IMG/VR virus record: IMGVR_UViG_3300032322_001315
Span: 1-64,000 of that record
Source: a virus
Reading direction: 5' to 3' (one strand)
DNA: 64,000 bases
Shown here: in pieces, positions 1-9,018 of the stretch
Numbering within the stretch: position 1 is the stretch's first letter
Layout: each line of letters opens with the position of its first letter
Made by a program: the position numbers and the translations under genes
The notes under the pieces: generated by a model
What the model was told of the DNA's origin: nothing
Database searches by the model: none
What the model saw: the letters and a program-made list of their open reading frames with translations, nothing else

Positions 1-47
1 AGGAATCTGCTATAGTGTCACCATACACTAACGAAAGGAGACGCACC

Positions 48-224
48 ATGGAAGACCAATTCGAATCCCCGATGGACGCTTTCGATGATGAAGGCTACGC
101 TTTCCACCACTTCATGGACCTCCTGCGCCAACAGGAAGTGGAAGTCCTGACGCTGCCCGAGGTCATTGTGCCTCCCGAGGTGTTCAACCTGCTGGGCGTA
201 GAGTACGGCGTGGAAAATGCCTGA
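48..224 (+). CDS. Small acidic early protein, hypothetical
   Basis: AAGGAGA RBS before ATG 48; downstream of extended -10 TGCTATAGT at 8-16. Confidence 0.7.
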   Translation: MEDQFESPMDAFDDEGYAFHHFMDLLRQQEVEVLTLPEVIVPPEVFNLLGVEYGVENA

Positions 225-396
225 TTCTACCATGAAGAGCGCCAACTACCACACCAGAGGTCTCCAAGACGGACTTACCAACAAGCCCAGAGAGAAGGGA
301 ATCAAGCCTTACAACAAGCCAGTATATGAAGCTGGCTATCAGGAAGGACAAAAGCTTCGAAGCCTACGTGGTCGACAGGATAAGGAAAGCGCTTGA
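217..396 (+). CDS. 59-aa hypothetical early protein (not in ORF track)
   Basis: Manual translation MPDSTMKSANYHTRGLQDGLTNKPREKGIKPYNKPVYEAGYQEGQKLRSLRGRQDKESA; overlaps previous stop and fills the gap to the next promoter. Confidence 0.6.
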   Translation: MPDSTMKSANYHTRGLQDGLTNKPREKGIKPYNKPVYEAGYQEGQKLRSLRGRQDKESA

Positions 397-447
397 CATT
401 CCTACCAACCTGTGATACTATAGCACCTACACTAACAGAACGGAGAT
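393..447 (+). promoter_or_regulatory. Early sigma70 promoter plus conserved leader
   Basis: TTGACA(393)-17 bp-TACTAT with TG extension, then CCTACACTAAC leader and GGAGA RBS. Confidence 0.85.
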
Positions 448-453
448 AGAACC

Positions 454-810
454 ATGACCAAAACCAAGACCTTCACCGATGACCAAGTCCGCACCGCCAT
501 CGACATTGCCTTCCATAACGCTCGCTGCGCTTTCGAAAAAGGTTTCGCTAAGCATGGTGACGAATGGGGTGCCTGTGGCTTCGCCTGGGTTGTCGTGAAA
601 CCCGGCAATTCCAAACTCGCCAAGATCCTTGTCAAGGAGTACGGTGCCCGCAAGCATTACGCTGGTGGCGTCTCCGTCTGGGCTCCTGGCGCTTCTTACA
701 CCCAGAACATGGACCTGAAAGAAGCCGCTGCCTGGTCGTTCGCTGAGACCCTGCGCTCGAAACTGGGTCTGGACTACGAAAAGTGCCACGCTGAGTCCCG
801 CATGGACTAA
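454..810 (+). CDS. Phage early hypothetical protein (CGFAWV motif)
   Basis: Good RBS, host-like codon usage, WGACGFAWV motif seen in phage early proteins. Confidence 0.8.
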   Translation: MTKTKTFTDDQVRTAIDIAFHNARCAFEKGFAKHGDEWGACGFAWVVVKPGNSKLAKILVKEYGARKHYAGGVSVWAPGASYTQNMDLKEAAAWSFAETLRSKLGLDYEKCHAESRMD

Positions 811-816
811 CCCAAC

Positions 817-880
817 CGGACTGGTGCTTGACAAAAGTACCAGTCCGTGCTATGATACACCTACACTAACGAAAAGGAAA
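817..880 (+). promoter_or_regulatory. Early sigma70 promoter embedded in a stem-loop (PeSL-like)
   Basis: TTGACA(828)-17 bp-TATGAT(851); inverted repeat CGGACTGGT(817-825)/ACCAGTCCG(839-847) around the -35; CCTACACTAAC leader. Confidence 0.85.
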
Positions 881-886
881 CAAAAT

Positions 887-1123
887 ATGACCATCACCAC
901 TTTCACCAACGCTACCACTTCCGACCTGGCTCTCGCTGTCGCTAACGCTGTGACCAGCAACCAGAACCCTGACCGTGCATATGCCTACGCTTCCACGCTG
1001 GGTGCCCTGCAAGGTCTCTGCGAATTCCACCTGACCGAAAAGCAAAAGGTCATTTTCACCGAAGCTCTGAACCGTCTCGCTGATGCCGAGACCGCTAAGG
1101 CTGCTCAACTGGAGGCTGTATAA
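887..1123 (+). CDS. Early hypothetical protein
   Basis: AAGGAAA RBS before ATG 887, downstream of promoter 828-856. Confidence 0.75.
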   Translation: MTITTFTNATTSDLALAVANAVTSNQNPDRAYAYASTLGALQGLCEFHLTEKQKVIFTEALNRLADAETAKAAQLEAV

Positions 1124-1386
1124 TGTCTAGAATGGATGATTTTCTCGCTGAAGTAGAATACCTGTACGACCAGGGCAATACCGAAACGGAGATTTCCTCT
1201 CTGACCGGCATGTCGCTGAAGTCTGTCCGTGATGCTATCCTCTACATTGAGGAAGAGCGTGCGGAAGTCGGTATGGATAACGATATGGTCGCTCTTACCG
1301 ATGTGGACTCCTACTATGATGGACAGGCACTCGCTAGTGCTGGGTTCGGTACCGATGAGGACTATGGCTATTATGGTGAGGAGTAA
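1123..1386 (+). CDS. Highly acidic early hypothetical protein
   Basis: TAATG coupling with upstream gene; GGAGG RBS; C-terminal ALASAGFGTDEDYG motif common in phage early proteins. Confidence 0.8.
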   Translation: MSRMDDFLAEVEYLYDQGNTETEISSLTGMSLKSVRDAILYIEEERAEVGMDNDMVALTDVDSYYDGQALASAGFGTDEDYGYYGEE

Positions 1387-1562
1387 TCGTGCGCCATCAT
1401 CATCATCACGGCGGAGGCTTTGGTTTCTTTTGGGGACTGCTGCTAGGAATAGGGATAATGTGGGTGGCACCAGAAGCGGTTAAGAGCGTGGTAGGTAGTG
1501 CAGCGGCAGCAGGCATAGAGGTATTGCACAAGGTTATAGATTAAGGCGTGGTGGCCTCTCCG

Positions 1563-1612
1563 GGTGCCTTAGACGGCACCATTTTTGGACTCCTTAGGGA
1601 GTCTTTTTTTTT
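1563..1612 (+). terminator. Two tandem intrinsic terminators
   Basis: GGTGCC-N6-GGCACC then T run; GACTCC-TTAG-GGAGTC then a long T run. Confidence 0.75.
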
Positions 1613-1769
1613 AGCGAGAGGCAGCGAGCGATTTGGCTTAGTGAAATTATTTTAGGGGTTTATAGGTGAGACCCCTAGACCCGTAACTAAAAATCTTCCA
1701 GCCAAACCCGTGGATTCGAAAAATTTTTCTGGTGGCGGATTGGGGAGTTTTCGGGTTTTACTTCGAGGG

Positions 1770-1928
1770 TTAGTTTAACGTCTGTATGTAATAGTAGATA
1801 GCAACAGCGATAAAGTAAAAGGCAACATAGTACATTGCTGTTGCTCTCCACATTGTTGCTGCAAAGAACATACCTAACACAAACGAAAAGAGATTCAAAG
1901 TCTCTGCACTAATATTAAAGATATTCAC
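1770..1928 (-). CDS. 52-aa small membrane protein (not in ORF track)
   Basis: GAGGA RBS, GTG start; MNIFNISAETLNLFSFVLGMFFAATMWRATAMYYVAFYFIAVAIYYYIQTLN. Confidence 0.6.
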   Translation of the reverse strand: MNIFNISAETLNLFSFVLGMFFAATMWRATAMYYVAFYFIAVAIYYYIQTLN

Positions 1929-1938
1929 AATTTCCTCA

Positions 1939-2445
1939 CTAATTACATACTCTACTCAAACCGATTGGGACACTTACTGAATTGACTGAGTTATTATTAA
2001 ACAACCATCTGCCTTGTAAGTAATATGCTTCATACTCTCTCTTTAACCATAACTGACAATCTTTCAGTTCATTCTCATACAGATGATTGCTATACTGTAT
2101 CCAATGAATGGATTCGTGTAAGAGAATAGATTCATAGTATTTGTCGCCAGAGAAATCAAAATCACTTCTTACCCATATCTCATTATACTTTGAGTGATAG
2201 AGTGCTACGATATTACACTTGCCACTATTGCAGAACTCTTGGCGTAACTCTTCTACAGTTTTCTTCTTAATAAGAGGTTTAGGACCAACACCTTTCAGTT
2301 TCATTAACGATTCAGCATCGGTAACTAAACTGTTTGTTTCATCTGTTGTTGATTCGACATCCGCATTAGAATTCTGAAAGAATAATAAAAAACCAATTAT
2401 TGTGCATGATATACTCAGAGAGATGAGTATTGGCCTTTTGGACAT
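1939..2445 (-). CDS. Exported/membrane-anchored HExxH metallopeptidase-like protein
   Basis: N-terminal hydrophobic segment; LLHESIHWIQ followed by REYEAY. Confidence 0.55.
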   Translation of the reverse strand: MSKRPILISLSISCTIIGFLLFFQNSNADVESTTDETNSLVTDAESLMKLKGVGPKPLIKKKTVEELRQEFCNSGKCNIVALYHSKYNEIWVRSDFDFSGDKYYESILLHESIHWIQYSNHLYENELKDCQLWLKREYEAYYLQGRWLFNNNSVNSVSVPIGLSRVCN

Positions 2446-2508
2446 TGTAGTTCCATATAGTTATTATCTGTGTCTCTCTGAAACTGACAGAGAGTATATT
2501 GGTATATA

Positions 2509-3477
2509 TTAGGTCGAGTTCTTGGAAGGGCGGTCAAAGACTGAAGAATTACTGAGGTACCAGTTTATAGTATGTTCTAGTCCGTCATCTAGATTGTAGT
2601 GTGGAGTATAACCTAGTTCGTTAGTTATCTTTGAGCAATCGATAGAGTATCGTCTATCGTGACCAGGACGGTCTGTGACGAATTCGATAAGTGATTCTGG
2701 TTTGTTTAGTTTTGCTAGAATACGTTTGGTGAGTTCTAGGTTTGATACTTCTGTACCACCACCGATATTGTACTTCTCACCGATGATACCATTCTTTAGA
2801 GCAAGTTCAATACCACGGCAATGGTCTTCTACATACAACCAATCACGAACATTTTGTCCATCACCATAGATAGGAATCTTTTGATTGTTTGTTGCTTGCT
2901 TTATGATTTTAGGAATAAGTTTTTCTGAATTCTGATTGGGACCATAGTTGTTTGAACAGTTTGTAATAACGGTAGGAATACCATATGTATTGTGAAACGA
3001 TTGCACAAAGTGGTCTGATGATGCCTTTGATGCAGAATATGGATTCTTTGGTGAGTACGGAGTAGTTTCTTTAAATGAATCTGTAGAGTCTAGTTCAAGA
3101 CTTCCGTATACTTCGTCTGTAGAAACGTGGAGAAACTTCTCGATTGTCTTGCTTCTATTAGCACATTTAAGAAGATTGATTGTGCCTATGATATTGGTGT
3201 GTACAAATGGAGAACAATCATCGATAGAGTTATCAACGTGCGACTCAGCAGCAAAGTTGACAATATACTTAGGTTTGTACTTACCAAGAAGGAATGAGAC
3301 AATACGTTCATCTGCAATGTCTCCTTCATAGAACTTCACTTTGTTTGAATCGACAAGAGGTTTGATAAATTCATAGTTAGATGCATATGTGAGATTGTCT
3401 AGACAAACAACTTCATCATCGATATACTTTAGAAAATTACCACCAATAAAACCTGCTCCACCTGTGACTAAAATCAT
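2509..3477 (-). CDS. rmlB: dTDP-glucose 4,6-dehydratase
   Basis: GGAGFIG, AAESHVD, STDEVYG, YSASK, DRPGHDRRY motifs. Confidence 0.95.
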   Translation of the reverse strand: MILVTGGAGFIGGNFLKYIDDEVVCLDNLTYASNYEFIKPLVDSNKVKFYEGDIADERIVSFLLGKYKPKYIVNFAAESHVDNSIDDCSPFVHTNIIGTINLLKCANRSKTIEKFLHVSTDEVYGSLELDSTDSFKETTPYSPKNPYSASKASSDHFVQSFHNTYGIPTVITNCSNNYGPNQNSEKLIPKIIKQATNNQKIPIYGDGQNVRDWLYVEDHCRGIELALKNGIIGEKYNIGGGTEVSNLELTKRILAKLNKPESLIEFVTDRPGHDRRYSIDCSKITNELGYTPHYNLDDGLEHTINWYLSNSSVFDRPSKNST

Positions 3478-3830
3478 TTCTGACTATCTCCTGGCATAAC
3501 TCTATAATTATCTTCTACACTATCTGGAGTCGATACTTCAATGATAGTTCCTGCTTCAATACAAACAAGGCGATGTGGTACAAGAGGTGGGTTGTGCCAA
3601 GTGTCACCAACATTAAGTTCTGTTACCATGATTGAAGCATCATCGGTATCAATATGTTCAACATTAAACTTTCCTGATAGCACATACCATGTTTCGTCTT
3701 TTTCTCTATGGAAGTGCATACTGAATTTCGCACCTTCATTGAAGTTCATGAACTTACCACAATACCTGTCGTTTGTCGCCCAAATTAATTCATGACCCCA
3801 ACCTTTTTGTACTGTACCATTAAGACGCAT
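3474..3830 (-). CDS. Cupin (sugar isomerase-like)
   Basis: KGWGHE, SMHFHREKDETWYV, PHRL, EVST cupin motifs; start re-set to MRLNG. Confidence 0.8.
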   Translation of the reverse strand: MRLNGTVQKGWGHELIWATNDRYCGKFMNFNEGAKFSMHFHREKDETWYVLSGKFNVEHIDTDDASIMVTELNVGDTWHNPPLVPHRLVCIEAGTIIEVSTPDSVEDNYRVMPGDSQK

Positions 3831-4581
3831 TTTCAATTTCCTCCAATGATGGTGCATAGACACCCATATGCTGTACTGTGATTGATGCTGCTGTAATTGC
3901 TTTACGAATCGCCATATCGATATTCTTTGTTGCAAGATAGAAATATGCTAACGATGCAATAAAGGTATCACCTGCACCACACACATCAACAACTCCCACT
4001 TTGGGTGCGGGGAACAATTCACCTTCATACAACGCACCTTTTCCGCCTAGTGTTACAATCATATTTTCAGCAACACTTTTTCTGGCATTGAACTCTGCTT
4101 CGTTTATCTTGACCCAACAATTCTTTCTTGAAAATCTTGCTAGGTCCGACTTCTTTGTATCGATGAAAACTGGACCATTGTAATTGTACAGTATGTCTTC
4201 AATAGTCTCATATGAGATAGTTCCTTTGTCATAATCAGAAATAAGAATACAATCTATATTCTCATATACTCTATTTGCTAATGTTATAGTAGAACTGACA
4301 CGGTCATGGTCGACACGAACAATATGTTGACCTGACCTCTCATCAATCAGTCTGACTTTACGAGAAGGGTTACCATAGAAACCTAAAACTTCCACATCAA
4401 ACTTTTTTAGATTTTCAAGAACATTATGTGCCATACCAGGTTTGACTTCATTCCTAGTATATTTAAAGACGGGCACTGGTGCTTCAGGACTTATACGTTC
4501 AACGATACCATATTGATATTCGTCAATACAAACGTCACCGATTAATAATATTTTGAATTGTTTTTGTTGTTGAGTATCCAT
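3820..4581 (-). CDS. hldA: D-glycero-D-manno-heptose-7-phosphate kinase (HldE domain I/HldA-like, PfkB family)
   Basis: RISPEAPVPV, SDYDKG, DVCGAGDTF motifs. Confidence 0.85.
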   Translation of the reverse strand: MDTQQQKQFKILLIGDVCIDEYQYGIVERISPEAPVPVFKYTRNEVKPGMAHNVLENLKKFDVEVLGFYGNPSRKVRLIDERSGQHIVRVDHDRVSSTITLANRVYENIDCILISDYDKGTISYETIEDILYNYNGPVFIDTKKSDLARFSRKNCWVKINEAEFNARKSVAENMIVTLGGKGALYEGELFPAPKVGVVDVCGAGDTFIASLAYFYLATKNIDMAIRKAITAASITVQHMGVYAPSLEEIENAS

Positions 4582-4924
4582 CTACTAGATTATAAAAAAT
4601 AATATTGATATAGTTATCACCGATAATTGGTTTGTCTTTATAATCACTTCCTTTTACCATTAAGGTATGATTCTTGATTAAATCAACCAATTCTAAATCA
4701 CTATCAAAGATAACAACTTGGTCTACTGCTTTGAGACTAGAAAGCAGAAAAGACCTATCTCTTTCATTATTGATAGGTCTGCTTTCTCCTTTTAATTCTT
4801 TTACTCTGCGGTCACTATCAATTGCAACTGTCAACCAATCTCCTTTTGACCTTGCATAATTCAATAGTTCAATATGACCTCTATGTACAATATCAAATGT
4901 ACCATTGACAAACACTTTTATCAT
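4535..4924 (-). CDS. hldC: Heptose-1-phosphate adenylyltransferase (HldE domain II/HldC-like)
   Basis: NGTFDIVHRGH, KGESRPIN, KGSDY, GYSTT motifs. Confidence 0.85.
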   Translation of the reverse strand: MIKVFVNGTFDIVHRGHIELLNYARSKGDWLTVAIDSDRRVKELKGESRPINNERDRSFLLSSLKAVDQVVIFDSDLELVDLIKNHTLMVKGSDYKDKPIIGDNYINIIFYNLVDGYSTTKTIQNIINR

Positions 4925-5193
4925 AAATTAATAGTTGTCCACTTTTTGATTTTTTCTCTCTTGAGTTCTGCATACTCAAGAACGTTCTGCTCTCTTATAT
5001 ATCCTTTTTCCATTAGGATATTAATCATGCAGTAAATGTCACCTATCTCAAGTTCTAACTGTTCCAAGTTTGTGATATTATCTGCTGGCCAACGGGTATC
5101 AGCACCAAATCTAAAAATCTTTGAAACTGCTTGTATTACTTCCGCACATTCTTCTTGTAGAATACGCAATGCTTCTTTTTCATCATTATTCAC
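4921..5193 (-). CDS. MazG-like NTP pyrophosphohydrolase
   Basis: EECAEVIQAVSKIFRFG and EIGD motifs. Confidence 0.75.
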   Translation of the reverse strand: MNNDEKEALRILQEECAEVIQAVSKIFRFGADTRWPADNITNLEQLELEIGDIYCMINILMEKGYIREQNVLEYAELKREKIKKWTTINL

Positions 5194-6113
5194 TTTGGTT
5201 TCCTTTTTTGAATCACTTCCCATTGATATGCTGTCTTAATGATATCATGCAGGTTATATTTTGGTTCAAACTTCAACAACTCTTTTGCTTTTTGTGTATC
5301 ACATTTAAGAACTGCTGGGTCTCCTTGCCTTCTAGGACCGACCGTTACATTTACTTTTGTTCCAGTTACGGATTCTATTGTGTCTATGACTTCTCCGATT
5401 GAATAACCTGTTCCTGAACCGATATCAAATGAGGTCGATTCTCCATCGTTGAATAACCATTCGGCTGCTCTAATATGGGCAATTGCAAGGTCTGATACAT
5501 GGATGTAATCTCGTATGCATGTACCATCTGGAGTATCATAATTATCACCGTTGAGAACAAAAGTATCTTTTGTAAGAGCGTTAGGAATGAGGTGAGTTTC
5601 GGGAGTATGAGACTCACCAAACTCAAAATCAGGATCAGCGCCAGCGACATTAAAATAGCGGAGAGCAACACAATTCATTCCTTCTCTTACACAGTCAAAT
5701 AGAATTGTTTCGGATAGAAGTTTTGTTTTTCCATAAATCGACTTAGGATTTTCTTTTCCTTGTTCATCGTAAATACCAGCACTAGACGAGAATACAAAGT
5801 TCTTACAATGTAGAACGCCAATAAGATTAATGGTAGAAATGATATTGTTTCTGTAGTATTCAAATGGATAGATTTCACTCTGACCCACCTCTATAAGTCC
5901 TGCTAGGTGAAAACAAATATCATATTGCTCAAATCTAATTGGGTCAACATTTCTGGATAAATCACATTTGATGAATTTGTCACAATACTTCTGTGTTACA
6001 AGTTTATTAATGTCTCTATCCAGAACATGAACTGTATATCCATTTTTCTTTAGTTCTTTCTGGAGGTGATGACCAATGTAGCCAGCACCTCCAGTAATCA
6101 ATGCTTTTGTCAT
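5190..6113 (-). CDS. galE: UDP-glucose 4-epimerase
   Basis: GGAGYIG, YGKTK, LRYFNVAGA, DGTCIRDYIHV. Confidence 0.9.
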   Translation of the reverse strand: MTKALITGGAGYIGHHLQKELKKNGYTVHVLDRDINKLVTQKYCDKFIKCDLSRNVDPIRFEQYDICFHLAGLIEVGQSEIYPFEYYRNNIISTINLIGVLHCKNFVFSSSAGIYDEQGKENPKSIYGKTKLLSETILFDCVREGMNCVALRYFNVAGADPDFEFGESHTPETHLIPNALTKDTFVLNGDNYDTPDGTCIRDYIHVSDLAIAHIRAAEWLFNDGESTSFDIGSGTGYSIGEVIDTIESVTGTKVNVTVGPRRQGDPAVLKCDTQKAKELLKFEPKYNLHDIIKTAYQWEVIQKRKPK

Positions 6114-8284
6114 GAAATCATTCCAATGAATTTACTAAGGACAACACGATTAGTAAAACGTGTATTACTATACTTAGTGAATGCACTCACAAGACCTCGT
6201 GTGGTGTTAGACTTAGCAACAATCTCATCGGTCTCATCAACCTTTGTGTCTGCCTTCATTAGGTAATATTCATCATAACCTTCTGACTTGATAACGACAC
6301 TCTTTTCCTTGCGGAAATCAGAATACATGCTATCGGAGACTGCTTGATTCTTAATATTCGAATTTAGGAAATTCTTTGCATCACGATTGTTGAGTAGATA
6401 GAATCCAATGACATTACAATCAGCAACCTTCTTCAGCAGATTCAAATATGCAGCAGTATGCTTACGGGGTGCAATAGCGCATTCTTTCTTATCAAAGACA
6501 ACCTTCTCAACGAGACCAGTCTGCCTATGACGAATGACTGGAACTACATCAGAACGCCAAGAAGAAAAAATACTAGAACCAGTATTGTAAGTGTTACCAT
6601 TAACAATTTCATTTCTAACCATATCATCAATCACAGTAGCATCACCATCAGTAAGGAAGACAGTATTGACGATTTGCAACTTATTGGTATTACGGAACTC
6701 AGGAATCAACTTCATTGCGGCAATGATTGCTTCGTTCAACGGAGTACCATGAAGTTGCATGAACTCAGGATAATTGAGATGAGCATAATAATTGCCTCTA
6801 TTTCTTGTCATTTTAAGAAGACAATTTGCAATATAACTCAATTCATTAATCGACATTTTGTTTGAGAACAGATTGAGCAAGTGAAACCTGTTAGGACGCA
6901 AGTCACCATTTTCACAAGTAAATGATGGAAGAGTTTCATTACCATTCTTGTTTGAGAACGCATAGACTTCAAACGGAATATTAATCTTGCGGCAGAACAG
7001 AACAAGATTCAGCAATTGCTTGACAGTATCTTCCATGTAATCGGCCATAGATCCAGACCAGTCAATGAACATAACAAGACCGTGTGACTTACCATTGGGA
7101 ACATTAGTGACACGTTTGAAAATGTCTTCGTTGTACATATAGGTATGAATACGCTTCATGTCGAGGTCTCCAGTCTTTGCAGTAGATGCCTTCTTCATTT
7201 GTTGTGCATTCTTACGGAGTTCAAACTCTTTGACGAGATACGATACAATCTTGTTTGACTTGTTACGGAACTCAGCGAAAAGATGATTCTCTAGATTGCC
7301 GTCCCAGTCAGTAAGAAAGTCCATACTCTTAGTCGCACTATGCAAAGGATTCTTGCAAGTCTTCAACTTTTGAATAATTTGCTTGTATGGGATAATGATG
7401 TTTTGCAAGTGAACTGTAGGAATGTTAGCGTAGATATGCTCACGCTTTTCATCAGAAATTAGTTCTTTCTCATGTTCACGAAATGCTTCATCAGTATGGG
7501 CCTTCAGTTCATCATCAAATGATTCTCCGCCTTGCTTACCACCATCGTCTTCTTGTTCTTCATCTTCTTCATCTTTTTCGGCAGCACTAATGTCACCATT
7601 TTCATCTTCAGAAAGTTCAGGTTCTTCATCTCCAAAAACATCGAAATTATCACGCTCTTCATATGATTCATCATCGTCATCATCAACAGAAGACATTTTT
7701 GCCATAGACTCTTCTTGCTTCTTACGTTCTGCTTCTTCTTTCATGTGAGCAAGAATTTTTTGTGCGGCCGCAATGGTATCTTCCCAAGTTTCAAGATTCT
7801 CTAGTTCAGTAACAAATTCACGTTCGTTTGCAGAGAATCGAATACCAAGAGAAACGCCGACCTTGAAGTGTAGATTGATTCGGTCAATAAGATTCAACTT
7901 GTTAACATCGATGCCTTTGATTTCAAAGAAGTCTCGTTCCATGAGTTCACGATATGCCTTAACAAAAGACGTACGGATACCAGGGTACTTACGCTTAACG
8001 AGTTTTTCAATTCGTGCGTCTTCTACGACATTGATAATAGACCTAGGAATCTTTAGGTCGACAATAGAATCGTGCCATCCTTCAAGAGGGGTATGCATAG
8101 CATGGCCAACTTCATGACCAATAAACAAATCATAGAGAAATGTAGAAAGGTCACTAGATAGGATAGGAATGACAAGACGGCGGTCTTTGACATGAAAGAA
8201 TGCAGTAGGAACGTTTTGTTGTTCGACAATCAGATTTTCAGTAGCAAGTAGTTTAGCAAGTTGGGACTTAGAATCAATCAACAT
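6110..8284 (-). CDS. HExxH peptidase-vWA (CobT-like) protein of T4-like phages
   Basis: HEVGH, NVVEDARIE, acidic linker, MIDAS DWSGSM, TPLNE, LTDG. Confidence 0.8.
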   Translation of the reverse strand: MLIDSKSQLAKLLATENLIVEQQNVPTAFFHVKDRRLVIPILSSDLSTFLYDLFIGHEVGHAMHTPLEGWHDSIVDLKIPRSIINVVEDARIEKLVKRKYPGIRTSFVKAYRELMERDFFEIKGIDVNKLNLIDRINLHFKVGVSLGIRFSANEREFVTELENLETWEDTIAAAQKILAHMKEEAERKKQEESMAKMSSVDDDDDESYEERDNFDVFGDEEPELSEDENGDISAAEKDEEDEEQEDDGGKQGGESFDDELKAHTDEAFREHEKELISDEKREHIYANIPTVHLQNIIIPYKQIIQKLKTCKNPLHSATKSMDFLTDWDGNLENHLFAEFRNKSNKIVSYLVKEFELRKNAQQMKKASTAKTGDLDMKRIHTYMYNEDIFKRVTNVPNGKSHGLVMFIDWSGSMADYMEDTVKQLLNLVLFCRKINIPFEVYAFSNKNGNETLPSFTCENGDLRPNRFHLLNLFSNKMSINELSYIANCLLKMTRNRGNYYAHLNYPEFMQLHGTPLNEAIIAAMKLIPEFRNTNKLQIVNTVFLTDGDATVIDDMVRNEIVNGNTYNTGSSIFSSWRSDVVPVIRHRQTGLVEKVVFDKKECAIAPRKHTAAYLNLLKKVADCNVIGFYLLNNRDAKNFLNSNIKNQAVSDSMYSDFRKEKSVVIKSEGYDEYYLMKADTKVDETDEIVAKSNTTRGLVSAFTKYSNTRFTNRVVLSKFIGMIS

Positions 8285-8312
8285 TTGAGTTACCTTTATT
8301 TATGGTGAATGC

Positions 8313-8341
8313 ATTGTATCACAGGTAACTCATTCTGTCAA
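8313..8341 (-). promoter_or_regulatory. sigma70 promoter
   Basis: TTGACA-17 bp-TACAAT with TG extension. Confidence 0.85.
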
Positions 8342-8348
8342 GCGATAT

Positions 8349-9014
8349 TTAGAATAAAAGTCCCCAACTACCAACTGTTCGTTCTGCAATCTCATGCACA
8401 GACTTTACAATCTCCGAACCAACACATTTTCTATTCTTATCAAGACATGCTAATGCTGTACTACCAACACCAATGAAAGGATCAAAAACAATCTGGTCTT
8501 TATTTGTATATGCTTCTATAAAAGAGTATAACAGCCATCTAGGATAGTTATCCACATATCCTTCAATGGGTTGCACATCAATTTTGAATGCATCGGGAAT
8601 CTTATGCTCTGTTGGTTCACCTTTTTCTCTTTTAAACTGTTCTCCGGGTTTCTTAAACGTAAGAATGAAAGAATAGTTGAACCGATAAAGGTTTACATTG
8701 TATGAACGAACCCAAATCTTTTGAGATTTTAGAATCCAACCTGATTTTTCCATGATTTCTGTAATCATTTGATGTTTTCTGATTACAGTTCCTCCAGATT
8801 TTCTATCTCGGAGGATAATTGTGACAACTCCATTCTTTGGATTGAGTTTTCCAAGAGAATTTTCCATTAAATCCGTCCATGTACTTGTGGATTTGTCTGG
8901 ATTTTCACCAATTTCATCAAAATCGGGAGGTGAAGTGATGACATAATCATATTCAATGCCTCGTTTTAGTGTGTCGAGACAATTTTCATTGTAAATTTCC
9001 CAATTGTGCTGCAT
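8349..9014 (-). CDS. Amino (N4-C/N6-A) DNA methyltransferase-like, beta class
   Basis: TSPPDF near N-terminus, FDPFIGVGST motif I near C-terminus. Confidence 0.7.
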   Translation of the reverse strand: MQHNWEIYNENCLDTLKRGIEYDYVITSPPDFDEIGENPDKSTSTWTDLMENSLGKLNPKNGVVTIILRDRKSGGTVIRKHQMITEIMEKSGWILKSQKIWVRSYNVNLYRFNYSFILTFKKPGEQFKREKGEPTEHKIPDAFKIDVQPIEGYVDNYPRWLLYSFIEAYTNKDQIVFDPFIGVGSTALACLDKNRKCVGSEIVKSVHEIAERTVGSWGLLF

Positions 9015-9018
9015 TTTA

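Noticed and set aside
217-396. Ribosome modulation factor-like call for the 59-aa ORF
   Set aside because: Only a loose G..DG / Y..GY..G resemblance; too weak without a search.
427-1470. Minus-strand ORFs 427-834, 866-1108 and 1105-1470
   Set aside because: Shadows of plus-strand genes that have promoters and RBSs.
7500-7740. TCA/TCT-rich low-complexity tract
   Set aside because: Encodes the acidic linker of the vWA peptidase; not a separate repeat element.
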